Position numbers and translations under genes: made by a program. Positions 31,138 through 44,891 of a DNA stretch of 64,000 nucleotides are shown here, piece by piece. Numbering within the stretch: position 1 is the first letter of the stretch; the number at the start of each line of letters is the position of its first letter. Where the stretch lies: the NCBI GenBank assembly GCA_051294375.1, contig CM119266.1, positions 25,002,659 through 25,066,658 of the forward strand, in the 5' to 3' direction. The notes under the pieces were generated by a model, which saw only the letters and a program-made list of their open reading frames with translations, did no database searches and was not told the origin of the DNA. Source of the DNA: Paraspadella gotoi (Eukaryota; Animalia; Chaetognatha).

Positions 31138-33070
31138 TTAGGGTTGAATCCTGTTCAACACGCAATCGGCTGGTTTCCCGAATTCGGAGAGCGAATCGCG
31201 ACAGTACGCCTCCATGACCCCGGTGTCTCTGATTTGCTCCAGCGCTGGTGGGAACCACGACTCTACCGAGCTGCCCTTTCTCGCCAACAGACCCGCGCCG
31301 TCTATGGAGCAGTAGAGCTGCTCCCCGCCCTGAACGCTGGGATACTGAGAAGGATTTTCTACGAGGTCCTCGTTGTACTTTGCCAAGAAAAGAGCGTCGA
31401 GCTGTTGAGAAGAGCGGGAGTTTTTTTTTTTTTTTTGTATATGTTTTTATTGTCATTAATGAAAATTAATAGAAAAAGTATCTACAAAAGTTTTAAAGGA
31501 AAGGGAGTTTCAATCGCCACATCAACTTTCGGTGCTCACTTTAGCGCTTTCAAGGTCTTTAATGGCGGCGGCGACCGTCGGATATTCCGTAACAGAATTC
31601 AAAGTGATGCTCTTTTGCGCGAGACAATAATCGTCGGCGTGATCACCGGCGATCTGGTTCGTATATGCGAAAAAATGTTATGCTTACTTAATCGGGCACA
31701 AAATATACATAAATATTTTTTACGCAAGTCTTATGGTGGACTAAAATCCACTAACCGTTCATCAGCGGCCATTGGTGCCGGAGGCTTGTCATTCGCCTCC
31801 CAACCCAAAAGATCCGGGGTTCTAGCCCGGTGGCCGCCAAGCAGTTAAGAGGGATGGGGCGCTTAACCCGCCTGTAACATGGTGTTACAGCCTGATCCGA
31901 AGCTCAGGGACTGCTTATATTGAACGGTTTTGTCATTAACACTTAGCAATAATTACTGTCTCTTCAGTATGAAAAAAAAAAAACCAACCATTCCTATCTT
32001 CTTGTTTTGCAACTCATTAAGTCGGAATGTGTCGGTCTTGGCCAACATTCTCGAGGTGACCCTCGAATAGAGAGGAGCGAAAGAGGAAAATACGTTGACT
32101 CGCTCGATCGTCTTGAAATATCCAACGCAAACGTCCACCCAGTTGCCTAACAACGCCTCCCCATGTGCTGCGGGAAAGAAAGATAATGAAAAGGAGAGAT
32201 TCAAAAGCTTGTGAAAATGATGTAAAAATTTGTTGAGTTTTGATTACTATCATTATTATTTTGATTCGATTTATTCCTTTAATATCATGGTGGGTATATT
32301 TTATGTAAGGAAAACATTTCAAGAAGAAACATTAAAATATACTTGAATATAATTCAAACTGTTGTTAACGAATGTAAATTTCTCACAAGTTTTTCTGTCG
32401 TAGCAAAACTGGGATTGGACCAATAAATGCTTGCATTTCTTTCCCGCCTCTTGGCAAACGGCGTCTACTATCTTAAGAGAAAGGCCGCGAAGTTTGTCTC
32501 CATTGGTGTAGCTGTACGGTTGATAGGCGTTGGGATAACCGAAGTACCTAGTCATCAGTCGAGGAAATTTTTAGTAAACGCGTTGTACTTTAAATCTTTA
32601 AAACAAAAAGTTGATACTTTAGTTAATAAATATAGTTAACAAAAAAAAAAATATGCATTGTAAATTCTTCCGACGTAGTCGTAGTCGACGTCTCGTCGAC
32701 CAGACGTAGTTCTATTCTAATACCATATTTTGGAGGAAGTAGTACTAGCCACTTCGGTCTGTTTACTAGAGTCGGTTTCTTTATTTGTATCAGTCGCTGC
32801 GGTTTGAACGGTTTCTTTCGTCGCGCCTGATATGATAAAGACCTGGTCTGTAAATACTATAGTCCATACTGAGAGAGTATCAATTCTGCGATATTGTCCA
32901 AGAAACTTTCCACCTCGACCTGAGAATGAGGCGATGACGACGACGATTGCGACGATGGCGGCGATCAAAGCGAATATGGAGAGAATTAACGAGAGACGAG
33001 CCCCTGGGCCGTCCTGGACGAAAATGGCCTGGTGACCAGGCCTTCCGTTTTCACCCCCTAAAGACTTCAT
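31138..33070 (-). CDS. Membrane-anchored periplasmic-binding-protein type 2 (SBP family 3-like) protein, paralogue 2
   Basis: Anchor LSLILSIFALIAAIVAIVVVI; YQPYSYTNGDKLRGLSLKIVDAVCQEAGKKC; LLGNWVDVCVGYFKTIERVNVFS; KKIGMIAGDHADDYCL; shares intron positions with paralogue 1. Confidence 0.8.
31732..31966 (-). mobile_element. Solo-LTR-like structured element, family B, copy 2 (intronic)
   Basis: Reverse-complement homologue of 6901-7113 with a ~25-bp extra segment; flanks gtct/gtat (3 of 4 TSD match). Confidence 0.65.
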
Positions 33071-33566
33071 TTTAGCGGTTGTAGGGATAAAACAATTGCG
33101 TGGTTTGAAACTTTACTGACTAATACGTCTTTGTACCGGTTGGACCGGTTTTCGTCGTTGGGATATCTTCAATAGCTAAATATTCATATCGGAGTTAACC
33201 CACATAATTATACAAATTAAAATACTTAACTTGATACAAGGAAGTTGAAAGTGGAAACCTCGCGGCTTTCCGCCTTTGTCATTTTTTTAAAAGCCTCAAC
33301 TCTCCCCAATCAAATTGGGTTACGAACTTGTCTTTAGAAAATTGGCTCACCTATCCGCCTTCTACTCAAGAAGCGAGGCAGAGCAGCGGCGATGCTGCGC
33401 ACTGGGCCGTCATTGGACGAGGTTTTAAATCCATGGAGACGAGAGAATCGAAACAACCGAAACAAAAAAAAAGTTCATCCGAAAAAGTCCATCTCTGGAC
33501 TGGATTTTCCTCAATTTTATAGTATTAAATAATTAATAAAACGAATTTATATGCAGTAATTAGAAT

Positions 33567-36500
33567 ATGTCGAATTTTTTGACGAAGAGTTTAGACGGGG
33601 AGGAGGGAATACATCTGGGGGTTGTCAGACCTTCCATGATTCAAAACGAATTGTTACTTAAAGCCCCAATGGGCACGGCCAAGAGAAGAGGGCATCCCTT
33701 ACCTCAAGGTACGTATCACGACGCAATCCCACTCCCCCGAAATATAAAAATTTTGGTGATTCCATCATTACGCTACTTTTTTCAGAGCCATTCATATACG
33801 GACGTCCTTACCCGAGCGAAGACGGAGGCGTGGCGGAATGCATGCATAAGTGGAACGTCGTGAGACGAAAGGACATCACCGCCCGGCTCCAGGTGAGGAA
33901 TGGGGGACTGGGGTAGCGACAAAGCATTTCACAGAATTATATAAATTAGTAGTATTTTTGAGTTTTAAAATAGTCATAACAGAATAACCCAAATTCAACG
34001 GTTTATACATGATTGCTATATTAGGGGCGAGTCAAAAATTTAGAGCGAGTACATGCGCAAACGAAAATTTATACATTTTTAAGTATACTTTCAATGGACA
34101 ATAAATTTCTTATATGGCTCTATACCCTAGTAATTAGTTTTTTAATATTTATTAGTATTTATTTATAGATAAGAAAGGTCAACAATTTTTTTGAGAATTT
34201 TTTAATTTCAAGACCAGATTCAGATAGCTCATAAAAGTTGTTTACATGAAGTATAATTCCTTTTTAAATATTTTTATGATAAATAGGTCAAAAATATGAA
34301 AAACCGTAAAAAATTATAATTTTCTTTCGGCGATTTTATCGGTTTTTTAAAATTTTCACTGAGAAAACGTAAGTAAGAATTTTTAAAAGCTGTCATTATA
34401 TTTCTTGTATATCCATCAAAAAATATTAAGATTTCAAAAAAAAAAAAATTTTCTATTTATATAGTAATGTAGACGAAATCTCGCTTAAAAAAAAATTCAA
34501 CATTTTTTTAATAGAGAATTCCGTTCAAATCTGACTACCCAAATTTGCAAACGCGTTTGCCAGAAATTCGGTTAAAAAACACTTGTAAAAACGCACGATT
34601 CCGAGAGCGTACATCTGAAGAGCTTGTCCTATTCGTTTTATGGCATTTGATAAAGTGATTTAATATCAAATAAGCCAGGGGAAATGCACTATTCATCTCC
34701 GGAGAATTTTCAAACCTCATTTTTACATATAGAATGAAAGGGAAATTTACAAACTTAAATATGCAAACGGGATTGCTATATGTTCCTGTTACATGAGCGA
34801 CTTCGATTGCGATTTGATAGCTTTGTGTCTGAAGAGCTTGTTCCTATTTTTCTTTTTTCATTTTATAATGATTTTGACATAAAATTATCAGGTTTAAATG
34901 AAATATCCGGTTTTGAATCGCGAAATTTTTTATTTAAAAGAATTAAAAGGAAGGTTGAGAAAAAACTGATTTTTCCTAATATCTTTTGAAGGAATAAGGA
35001 TAAAGGGATGGTAATAGTACCAAAATGAAGCCATAATCATAGGGCACATACAAGATACAATTTTAGAATTACTTATGCTGAAACCTCCTACAGGGTGAGT
35101 GTCAACTAAGTCAAAATTATAATAAATTTTAAAACTAATGACACCCCATAAGAATAAATGAAAATTTAATTCTTTTTAATGATTCTGAAAGAAAAAAGGC
35201 TAAATTGTACTCTAGTAAAACTTTAAAGTTTTTTGGATAAAGAAAATGTGAATTTTTTGTCACTTGATTTTACAAGCATACTTACAAAATTATACAAAAT
35301 ATTATTCACCCCATCACAGCCTAAGTATTTATCTTTCTTTTCCACCAGCAAAAAGTAAACATTATTTTATGCTAGAGAACAGGGATGTTTACTGAAATGA
35401 GCCGGAAGACATTCAACTTCTTCACTTTACTGTCATTTTTCAATAATAAAATAGGCGAATTTTTAAATTTAACTCTCACAGGCTTCACAAGACATTATAC
35501 TCTCATAATATCCCAATGTTAATGTATACCTAAAATAACAGAAAGTTGTGGATTCCCTTCGCTCGTTTAAGAAAAAAAAATTAACTAGCGGAATTATAAG
35601 TTTGTAAGAGGAAGTCAGAATCGGCGAAAATCTTAAAAGGCGAGAATGTTGAAAAAAAGGGGTGGAATTTTGATGGGTTTCCTCAGATTTCTCCACAATG
35701 TGAGGTCCGATTAAAGCGAAACTTGAGATTTACAATATTCCCGTCATTCCACATCTATCGATATAAAAATATAAGAAAAAAGTCACTGGCTTCTTTTTCT
35801 ATAGCGGCTTCCTAAGTAATGTAATTTTTATTAGGCTAATATAAACTATGCTCATGACTGATTATTTTAACGCGGTATACATTAGCATTTAAATTTCATC
35901 GGCTATGGTTATCTATATGATTCCTTTCTGCCATTCAAATGTTTACCGTATAACTATAAAACATGAAAATGATCAAAGGACCAAGTAAAGCATCTCATGA
36001 AATTGGTACAACCAATATAATATAATATAATATATATTTTTCCTAAGAATAAAAAGATTAGAGTTACATTGTTTCTTAACTATAGGCCGTAGCGGAAAAG
36101 GATTTTCCCGCGTTAAACAAGGCAGCCGTCCACAGGGGAATCGTCAATGCCAAAGACCAATTCCAATTTCGCGCAAAACATGACATTCGGAGAAAGGTAT
36201 TTAAATTAAAATATATATTAAAATAGTAAACTATTGTAAGCGTTCGCAAAATGAAAAACAATGGTTCGTAAGTATTTTTTTTCTTGTACTTTCAACGAGG
36301 TGATGAGCGAAGACGACGTAAAAACAACGACGAAGCCTCAAGTGGGCGCGGCGGCCACTTCCGGCGCCGCGTTCGGTCAGGCAGCGCGGCCTTCGACTCC
36401 GATGTGGGAAATTCTCGAACACAGATTTGCCAAAACCTGGAGAGAGGAGGTTAAGGCCAACCAGCTTGTTAACAAAGAAATGCAGCAGTCCGTCAGACAG

Positions 36501-36931
36501 AAAATCGCGCCACAAAAGGGTTTGTCACTTAGCGAAAATCAGAACGTTTGGGTGAAGTCCACTTGCCCATAAAGACAACCTCTGAAATAGTTTTCTTTGC
36601 AGTGCTGTTATTGTTTCCTCTTCATAACTTGATTCCGAGACACATTACAAGGACGCATAAGCCCAAAGTAATCGTCAATTAAGCTTTTTTTCACAACTAT
36701 ATATTTCTAAAAGGATACTACGAAACTCACGCAACGAAGTTAAGAACGTACATGGAGCCGATTTCGCCAGGACCTCTATGGCAGATGAAAAAATTTTCGA
36801 ATGTCTCGGCGGCATTGGAGACATTTCGAAACGCGGGAGACAAAGAAGCCTCCTTTCGACACGCCCACAGTGACAAGATCGGGCGGGAGGGGCCCAAGGG
36901 TGCCGGAATCTATGTTTCAGCAAAAAGCTGA
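33567..36931 (+). CDS. CFAP77: Cilia- and flagella-associated protein 77 homologue
   Basis: LGVVRPSMIQNELLLKAPMG...YGRPYPSEDGGVAECMHKW; DFPALNKAAVHRGIVNAKDQFQFRAKHDIR; FGQAARPSTPMWEILEHRF; LWQMKKFSNVSAALETF; stop 36929-36931. Confidence 0.88.
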
Positions 36932-37904
36932 ACGTGATTATGAGTTGTAAATGAACCTACTACATATTAAATATAATGTACAAAAGCCGATTGGGAATGA
37001 CGCGTTCTCGGAAGTTACATCGAATTTTTTTATATGAAAAATATTAGCAAAATACTAGAATTTTATTTAAAGCTTTCCACTACTGCGGTTTTCTGAAAAT
37101 TATATGCAAAATAATAAAATTCATTGCTTTAGCAAGACACAAAATCAGTTGAAAATCTTTCCGCCAATTAATACTGATATTTTTAAGAAGGGTGCATCAT
37201 AGCGACTAGAATAGACATAGGTCACCCAAAAGCTATTATTATATTAGAAACCGTACGTAATACGTAACTAGACTAAAATTAACTACATTGTTACCATTTT
37301 AGATAACGAAAAATTAAGTCAACCTAGATACAAAACAAAAAAACGCGCCACTTTATAGCTTGAAATTTTAAACGCTCCATAAGAATATATTTAAAAATTG
37401 TATCAGAAAATTAAAAAAAAAATAAATGTATTTAAATTGTATTATGATCGGTCATATTCAAATATATAGGGTAAATTTTAAAAGCTGATATAAAGTGGCG
37501 CGTTTTTTGAGAATTAAATATAACTGAATTTTCTCACAAAATACTGTCTACGAGCTTACCCAATAAAAAAGAAAGCGAGAAAAAAATGTGATTTTACATA
37601 ATGACAGTAGCACGGGAAAAATTGTCTAACGATAAAAATTTAACTTCGCATATGTCTGATACATTACAAGAAACAGGGGCCGAGTTTTACAAGTTCCAAG
37701 ACGGCAATAACCAACCATAGACCTAAAGTATGTAGACGTGGAATACCAGACCAGAGAGAAGTTTTCAAGTTCATATTAACGTCTGCATCAAACTAGGTAC
37801 ACCGTGAATCATGAAAGAAATAAAAAAATCATTACAAAGTCATTCTTTAAGAAAAAGAAGGGTGTTGTTGACTTAGATTTTGGTCGGTGAATAACGTTAG
37901 TTTT

Positions 37905-39950
37905 CTACACGGAATTGGAATTTTGAGGAGAAATCACTGTGCTAACTTTCATTCGTACGTAATGTGCAGCTCGCATGAAATTTCCAAACGCCAGGACGTA
38001 AATGCCTAGAGAAAACAAAAATGAATTACATAAATTAATAAAAAAATAAACCTGGATATTGGGATTAAAGAGCCGAAATCCATGAAGGGTGTATTGTATT
38101 TTATTGTATTGTATAAACATAAATAATAATAAAAAAATATATTAAAAAGAGACATAATTAAAATGTTGAATAAAGAATAAATAATATAACTTTTATTCAA
38201 GTAGTTTAAAATTATGTTCATGACAAAGTTGCCCCTTATAGACCTTTCCCCAGTATGTATCCCTATCAGAACATACGATTCTTCATGGTAGTCTTATCCA
38301 TATTGTTAAAAAAAAATCATATATAACTTTGGTCCCCCCTCAAAAAATTATCCCTTTCTGTTCAGCCTCTTAGTCTTAGATATTATGATTTTTCATTAAT
38401 GACTTTCTAACAGGAATGATGTGTGATATTTATTAGTAAACTAGGACAGATCGTCGTCTAACCTTGTGTTGTATAGATGCTCCCTCTATTTCCAGAAGAC
38501 ACCACTGACCTCCCCCTCCCAAAATAGTTTATTAGATATATTAATCAAACATTTTTTTAAAAAATAAGTAATATATGTATAATTAAATAATATAGAGCAA
38601 ATAGTAGCACATTCACAATAACAAGTAATTTTGCAAATTTTCATAACTGACAGCTCGTAAAGGATCTGGAATAACTCACCCGCCCAGAGGAAGTAGAAAG
38701 CGTTATTCCTCCTTGCTTGCTTATAAAGTCCCACAGTTACACCGATGGCGACGGCCAGACAAGCCATTCCGATCAAGAAGAATATCCAGGCTCGTCTCCG
38801 GGCCAGACCTGGCCCTACCGACGAGATCTTTCGACAATGGGGACATCTGGATGAGGAATGAGAAAATTTCTGATTGAGCTACGGATGATGAGCTACAGCA
38901 AAACCGAGCTAGAAACGAAGCCTCACCTGGCAAGCGCTTGCGTCCGAGGGTCGAAGATAAAATTTTGGAAACAGTGGCCGCAAGAAACGCGGCAGTCGGT
39001 CTGATTGCCAGGAACCGTCGCCTCCGACGGAACGCCGGCGATCGGGGCTAAGTTTATGATGCGTTTACTGTAAGATAGGATTATTTTCATTATTAAACTC
39101 TTTCCTTTCGATGGGGTTTGGAATATCTTTAAGATATTCTATGTATATCTTTACAACGTGTCTTTATTCTCTTTGTAGATATCTGATTGTTTTTATATAT
39201 ACGTTTAAAGATTTTAAATTAAGTTAAAAGTATTTTGCTTACCAATTGGCTCGGGGACAAGCGATTCTCATTGACGAAGCTTTGCAGATTAGGAGGCAAT
39301 TGCACGGGCATCGTACATACTTTTTCCCGGCGGGGGCGTTTCGGATTGGCGTCGCCTCGTTACAGGCGCCACATTTGACCACGTGTTGGTGAAGCTTGCC
39401 TTCTACGTTGATCATTCCCTACGAAATCCAAAGATACTTATTTTTGCTACTGCATCAATTTCGAAATGGAATAAAACTTCTTTGAATATTAAATAAGCTT
39501 CACCATAATACCTGATTCATTTATTCCATTTCTCAAAAACAGAACTAATTAAAACTAAAATAAAATAAATTGAAAAAAATCGATCACGAGCTAAACCACG
39601 AATGAATTTTTAAAATGGTCTTTACAATGACCAATTTATTTTGTATACATATGTAAAAAAACAGAAACTAACAACATTGTACCTGGCAAACGCGACAGCT
39701 GATGACGGGCGTTCCTCCATTTTGTTCAGTGACGGTAGGCGTATATGGGGGAGGAAGGTCGTAGCTCGAGGATGGGATTGTGACGATCGTTCGGCCTGGA
39801 AAAGGAAACTAGTTGAACGACATGTCATGAAATCATGTCAATGAGACTTTACTCACCGCTTCCATCTGGGACGCCGCCTCCGGATCCACTCGAGTCGGAT
39901 TTGATCAGCGGAGCCCTTTCGTCGACGCGGTCGTCGTTGGCCATCGTCAT
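37905..39950 (-). CDS. TMEM55: Phosphatidylinositol-4,5-bisphosphate 4-phosphatase (TMEM55/PIP4P family)
   Basis: ERAPL sorting-type motif, [66 protein letters not shown] and two C-terminal TM segments. Confidence 0.93.
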
Positions 39951-41122
39951 TGGGAAAAACTGGGTCGGTCAATCAACGACAATAACGTTCAACGGACCAC
40001 CGGAGAGTTTCGCGTCCTCTATTCGCGGCGACGATCGCGAGTTAGTGATTAATTTTTTTTTTCCTTATTATTTTTTTTGATTCTTATTCCAGAAACAGAG
40101 ATCATATGACTGCGTCGAATCATAGAGGTTATCAACCGGAGGAGACAGCAGAGAAGCAGAGCAGCAGCCCTGAAGCTCGACGCCACCGAGGTTTTCTCTT
40201 TGTTGTCGAAACGATGGAAGATTAAACGCTACGAAATTCCGTTGTTGACCAAAAAATGGTTTCGTTTTACGGAGCAAGGGGAGTAGGTTAGTTCCAGGTT
40301 GAGCCGTGGCGTTCGATGTCGCCGCTGGAATGAGGCCGAGGAGTCGATGAGTGAGTTTCGCTTGAAAGTCGGGTGAGTCACCAGAGTCCCTCTATGTCCG
40401 AACATAAGCGCATCGTTTCTTCGACGCGGGGAGGATTAAAGGGAAGTTTAGAGAAAAAAACCCACAAACTAACCAATCGTAAAAATAGAAAAACATTAAA
40501 AGCCAATGTTTTAACTGTAATAAAGATGACAAACTGTTTATGAAAAAATGATCGCAAGGAATAAAACAAGGAGTCGCTTCAAGTCGGAAATAATGCAGAA
40601 AATGAACGTCAAAATTCTAATTTTTGAAGCGAACGCCGCGTGCCGACTTCTTATTTCACCCCCTCCATATAAGCTACTATTTTCAGGAATACTTTCGTGG
40701 TTTTATCGTTGTGATAAAGTACAGTACACAAAATTCTAAAGGCGTCAACATTTAACCTTAGTCGTACTACTTTGAATCGTTAATGAAGAACGGGGTTAAA
40801 CAACATGATAGAGAAGTTGAAAAAAATGGTTCTCCGCCTTAATAATATAAATAGGCCCTTTCTTTAGACGATGCTTAAGTTTAGAATTTTTAAATTTTCA
40901 AACGATGGCGCGATGAAAAGAAATTTCCGAAGAAAGTCTAATCGATTAATGACCGTTCTGGTCGTAAGGTTGAGATCAGTTTTTTACAAACTTTTTTATC
41001 AGGTTGTTATTTGTATTACAAAAGAAATTCTCAGTCGCTTGACCAAAGAAAATAATAAAACACAGTGGAACGACTTAAGTATACGGCACGTTGGTAAAAC
41101 GCCAGGAGGGGGTGATTTAGGA

Positions 41123-42188
<1,066 letters not shown>

Positions 42189-42791
42189 TGTGACGTAGTT
42201 TCAATATCGACGCTGGAATTACGAACTGAATGATGATAAAATCTTTGAAGTGAAAGGCAATATCATAAATACATAATAAATAAACAATAAATTGGCCTTA
42301 CCTCGACCCTCGTGAAACCTCGTGAAGCAAATAAGATGAAATTGCTGAAGAGACCTGGAGGTCGCCCTCGAATTTAAAAACAAATGACCAACGCCATTCT
42401 GTTGACTTATTTAATACATTCACAACGCTGCATTAGGAACAAAAATTAGTTTCGAGCGGTTTTAAACGATTTTTAATGCTCTTTAGCATATTAAAATTGA
42501 AATTTTGATAAGTTTTTATCTATTATTTTTTTTTTCGAAATTGAGTTCCTTGACTTGAGAAATGTTTCAACCAAGCGAGAGATGTCGTTTTTCAAACAAA
42601 AACCAACCTGAGCAAAAGCTCAAGAGAAAAATTTGCAAAATCATAAGAAAAGTACTGTACAGGAAATTAACTTGCATTTATTTATAATTGGTCATGTTTG
42701 TATACTGTTAGTCATCACCATTGGAACTCTTCACATAGTTTTATTTCATAAGCCTGTGCCCGGTGAGCATATTGGCCTCTTGCCAAAATTC

Positions 42792-43988
42792 ATGGATTCC
42801 GCGGGATCCCGAAGATTTCCTTGCGTCAACGTCGTCACGCCGACATACCGCCAGAATTATCGCGATTCCGGTCAGCGTCTTCAGTTTCCTTCTTCCACCT
42901 GCGCTCCCCGGCCCTGGACTCCGAGAAAAAGTGACGATGAAGATGGCGCGGAGACGAAGTTCCTCTCCGGAAAGCAAATCCTCGATGCCGCCGCAGTTAA
43001 CTGGATTTCCGCTTCCTCTTCGTCGTCATCGTCGACGTCATCGTCGTTGCATCGAAATCGATATTCGACTCCGACTCTGAAGAACGACTCGGATTCTTCT
43101 CGTCTTCGACCGTCTTCTTCTTTGTCTGACGCTCGGCCTCGTCTTCTTCGTCGAGGACCTGAAAAGAAAATCGATTCCCCGTTCGACTGGACAACTGAAG
43201 CCGCTGATTCCATCGTCGATTCGCTGGTCATCGAGAGCGACGATGCCCGACACCTCATCAACTATGGTTCGCCGAGAACTCTGGGCACTTCCCGCGGAGA
43301 GGATGCTGTAAAGATTCGCCACAGAGCAGCGTCGCGATCAAAGAGAAACGAACGTCCCCGGCGCCATCGATCGATGCCGGCACAGGACGGTTCACGCAAC
43401 GACTCGCCGTCAGCGACGGGTCGTTCTTCCTCGCCACGTATTCGATCTCCCCACTCAGCGTCTTCCTCGGATGAAAAAAGAAAGCATACGGAGCTTCGCC
43501 AAAAGCTGTTGCATTGGCAACAGGAAGTTTTGATAGCGGAAAATTACTCGCGAGAGCTTTCCATGAAAAAAGCCTCGGATAAATCAGATAGTGGAGTTGT
43601 TAAGTATAACGACCAAACCATCGACGACGCCTCCAGCAAACAACCTAAAGACAATCAACCCGTTAAAGAGTACAGATTTATCACGAAATCCGGCCGCGTA
43701 AAAACCAGCCGACAACCCCGTCGTTTGGCTACTGATCCTAGAACCGGGCGGACAGTTATCGAGATCGTTGACGAGCCGTCGGGAGATTCTCCCAGGATGT
43801 CTAGACCCTCCATCGAACGTTTCGACGGGGCGTCGATGCGACCCCGTCGAGCCACCGACTTTGAAGCAGAAATCGAGACGCTGGAGACGATGATGCCGAC
43901 GTTGTCGACGAAATACGATGCAGAATCGGAGAAATTATTTGGTTTTCGAGGCGGCGTCAATCCGGTGCAAGAATCTTTTTATCTTTGA
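42792..43988 (+). CDS. Single-exon Ser/Arg-rich uncharacterised protein (~398 aa)
   Basis: Long GC-rich ORF with codon usage like neighbouring exons; ATG at 42792; divergent from NACA; no recognised domain. Confidence 0.65.
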   Translation: MDSAGSRRFPCVNVVTPTYRQNYRDSGQRLQFPSSTCAPRPWTPRKSDDEDGAETKFLSGKQILDAAAVNWISASSSSSSSTSSSLHRNRYSTPTLKNDSDSSRLRPSSSLSDARPRLLRRGPEKKIDSPFDWTTEAADSIVDSLVIESDDARHLINYGSPRTLGTSRGEDAVKIRHRAASRSKRNERPRRHRSMPAQDGSRNDSPSATGRSSSPRIRSPHSASSSDEKRKHTELRQKLLHWQQEVLIAENYSRELSMKKASDKSDSGVVKYNDQTIDDASSKQPKDNQPVKEYRFITKSGRVKTSRQPRRLATDPRTGRTVIEIVDEPSGDSPRMSRPSIERFDGASMRPRRATDFEAEIETLETMMPTLSTKYDAESEKLFGFRGGVNPVQESFYL

Positions 43989-44891
43989 TTGTTTGATTGG
44001 TTGAGGAACAAAATCTCTCGCTTTTAAGTCTTCTATCACTTTTTCTTTACACCAATCGCATATTAATTCCTTCTATGATATTCTATGATTTAATAAATTA
44101 TAAAGGTTAATCCATCCACATCCACAATCAACAATTTTTTTTCACTTCTTGTTTTAAATGATTCAAGATTTTTAATCGAGGGTTTGGTTGATACAATTAC
44201 AAACTGAAATATATTCAATACTGTTTTCAGTCGCATGGAAAGATTTTAATCTATATTCTAGTTTTTGTTATTTTTTACTGACAATCAACAAATATTTAAT
44301 GAAATTGTTGTGAATTAAAAAAAATATTTTTATTGATATAATTTTACGTATTGCACGATGTCGCACAATATATTATATCTATACAAAATTGGGTGCACTT
44401 TTCTATACATTTACAGGTTATTTACATTTTTACAACTTAATTGCACATAGAAAAAAAATTGATGCTGTTATTTCCATTTTTTTTAAATGAAAAGGTAAAT
44501 TCTTCTTTAATAGAATCATTGATATCATTGATTGATTGAATTATTGTGTAATTTGATGAGAAGTAACTGCATCTTTTTTTTTAGCATTTACACTTCATTT
44601 GCCAATTTGCATTTTTTACTTTTTCATTCCAATTGATTTATAAAGTTTTAATCGTTACTGCCAATTTGCCTTTGTTATACACGAACGCATCAAGTGATAT
44701 ATTTTTTTAGTATTTTTTAACTTTTAAATATTTATGTTATAAATATAGAAATAATTTTCATTTTGGCTGTTCTGTATTCAATATCCAAAATCGTCTAAAT
44801 ATGAAAATTAGGAAGACTACCCGAAAATATGCAAAAAAGCATCATCTGATATAATTGAGAAGAAAATAAGAAACGGTAAAAAAAAACCCGT

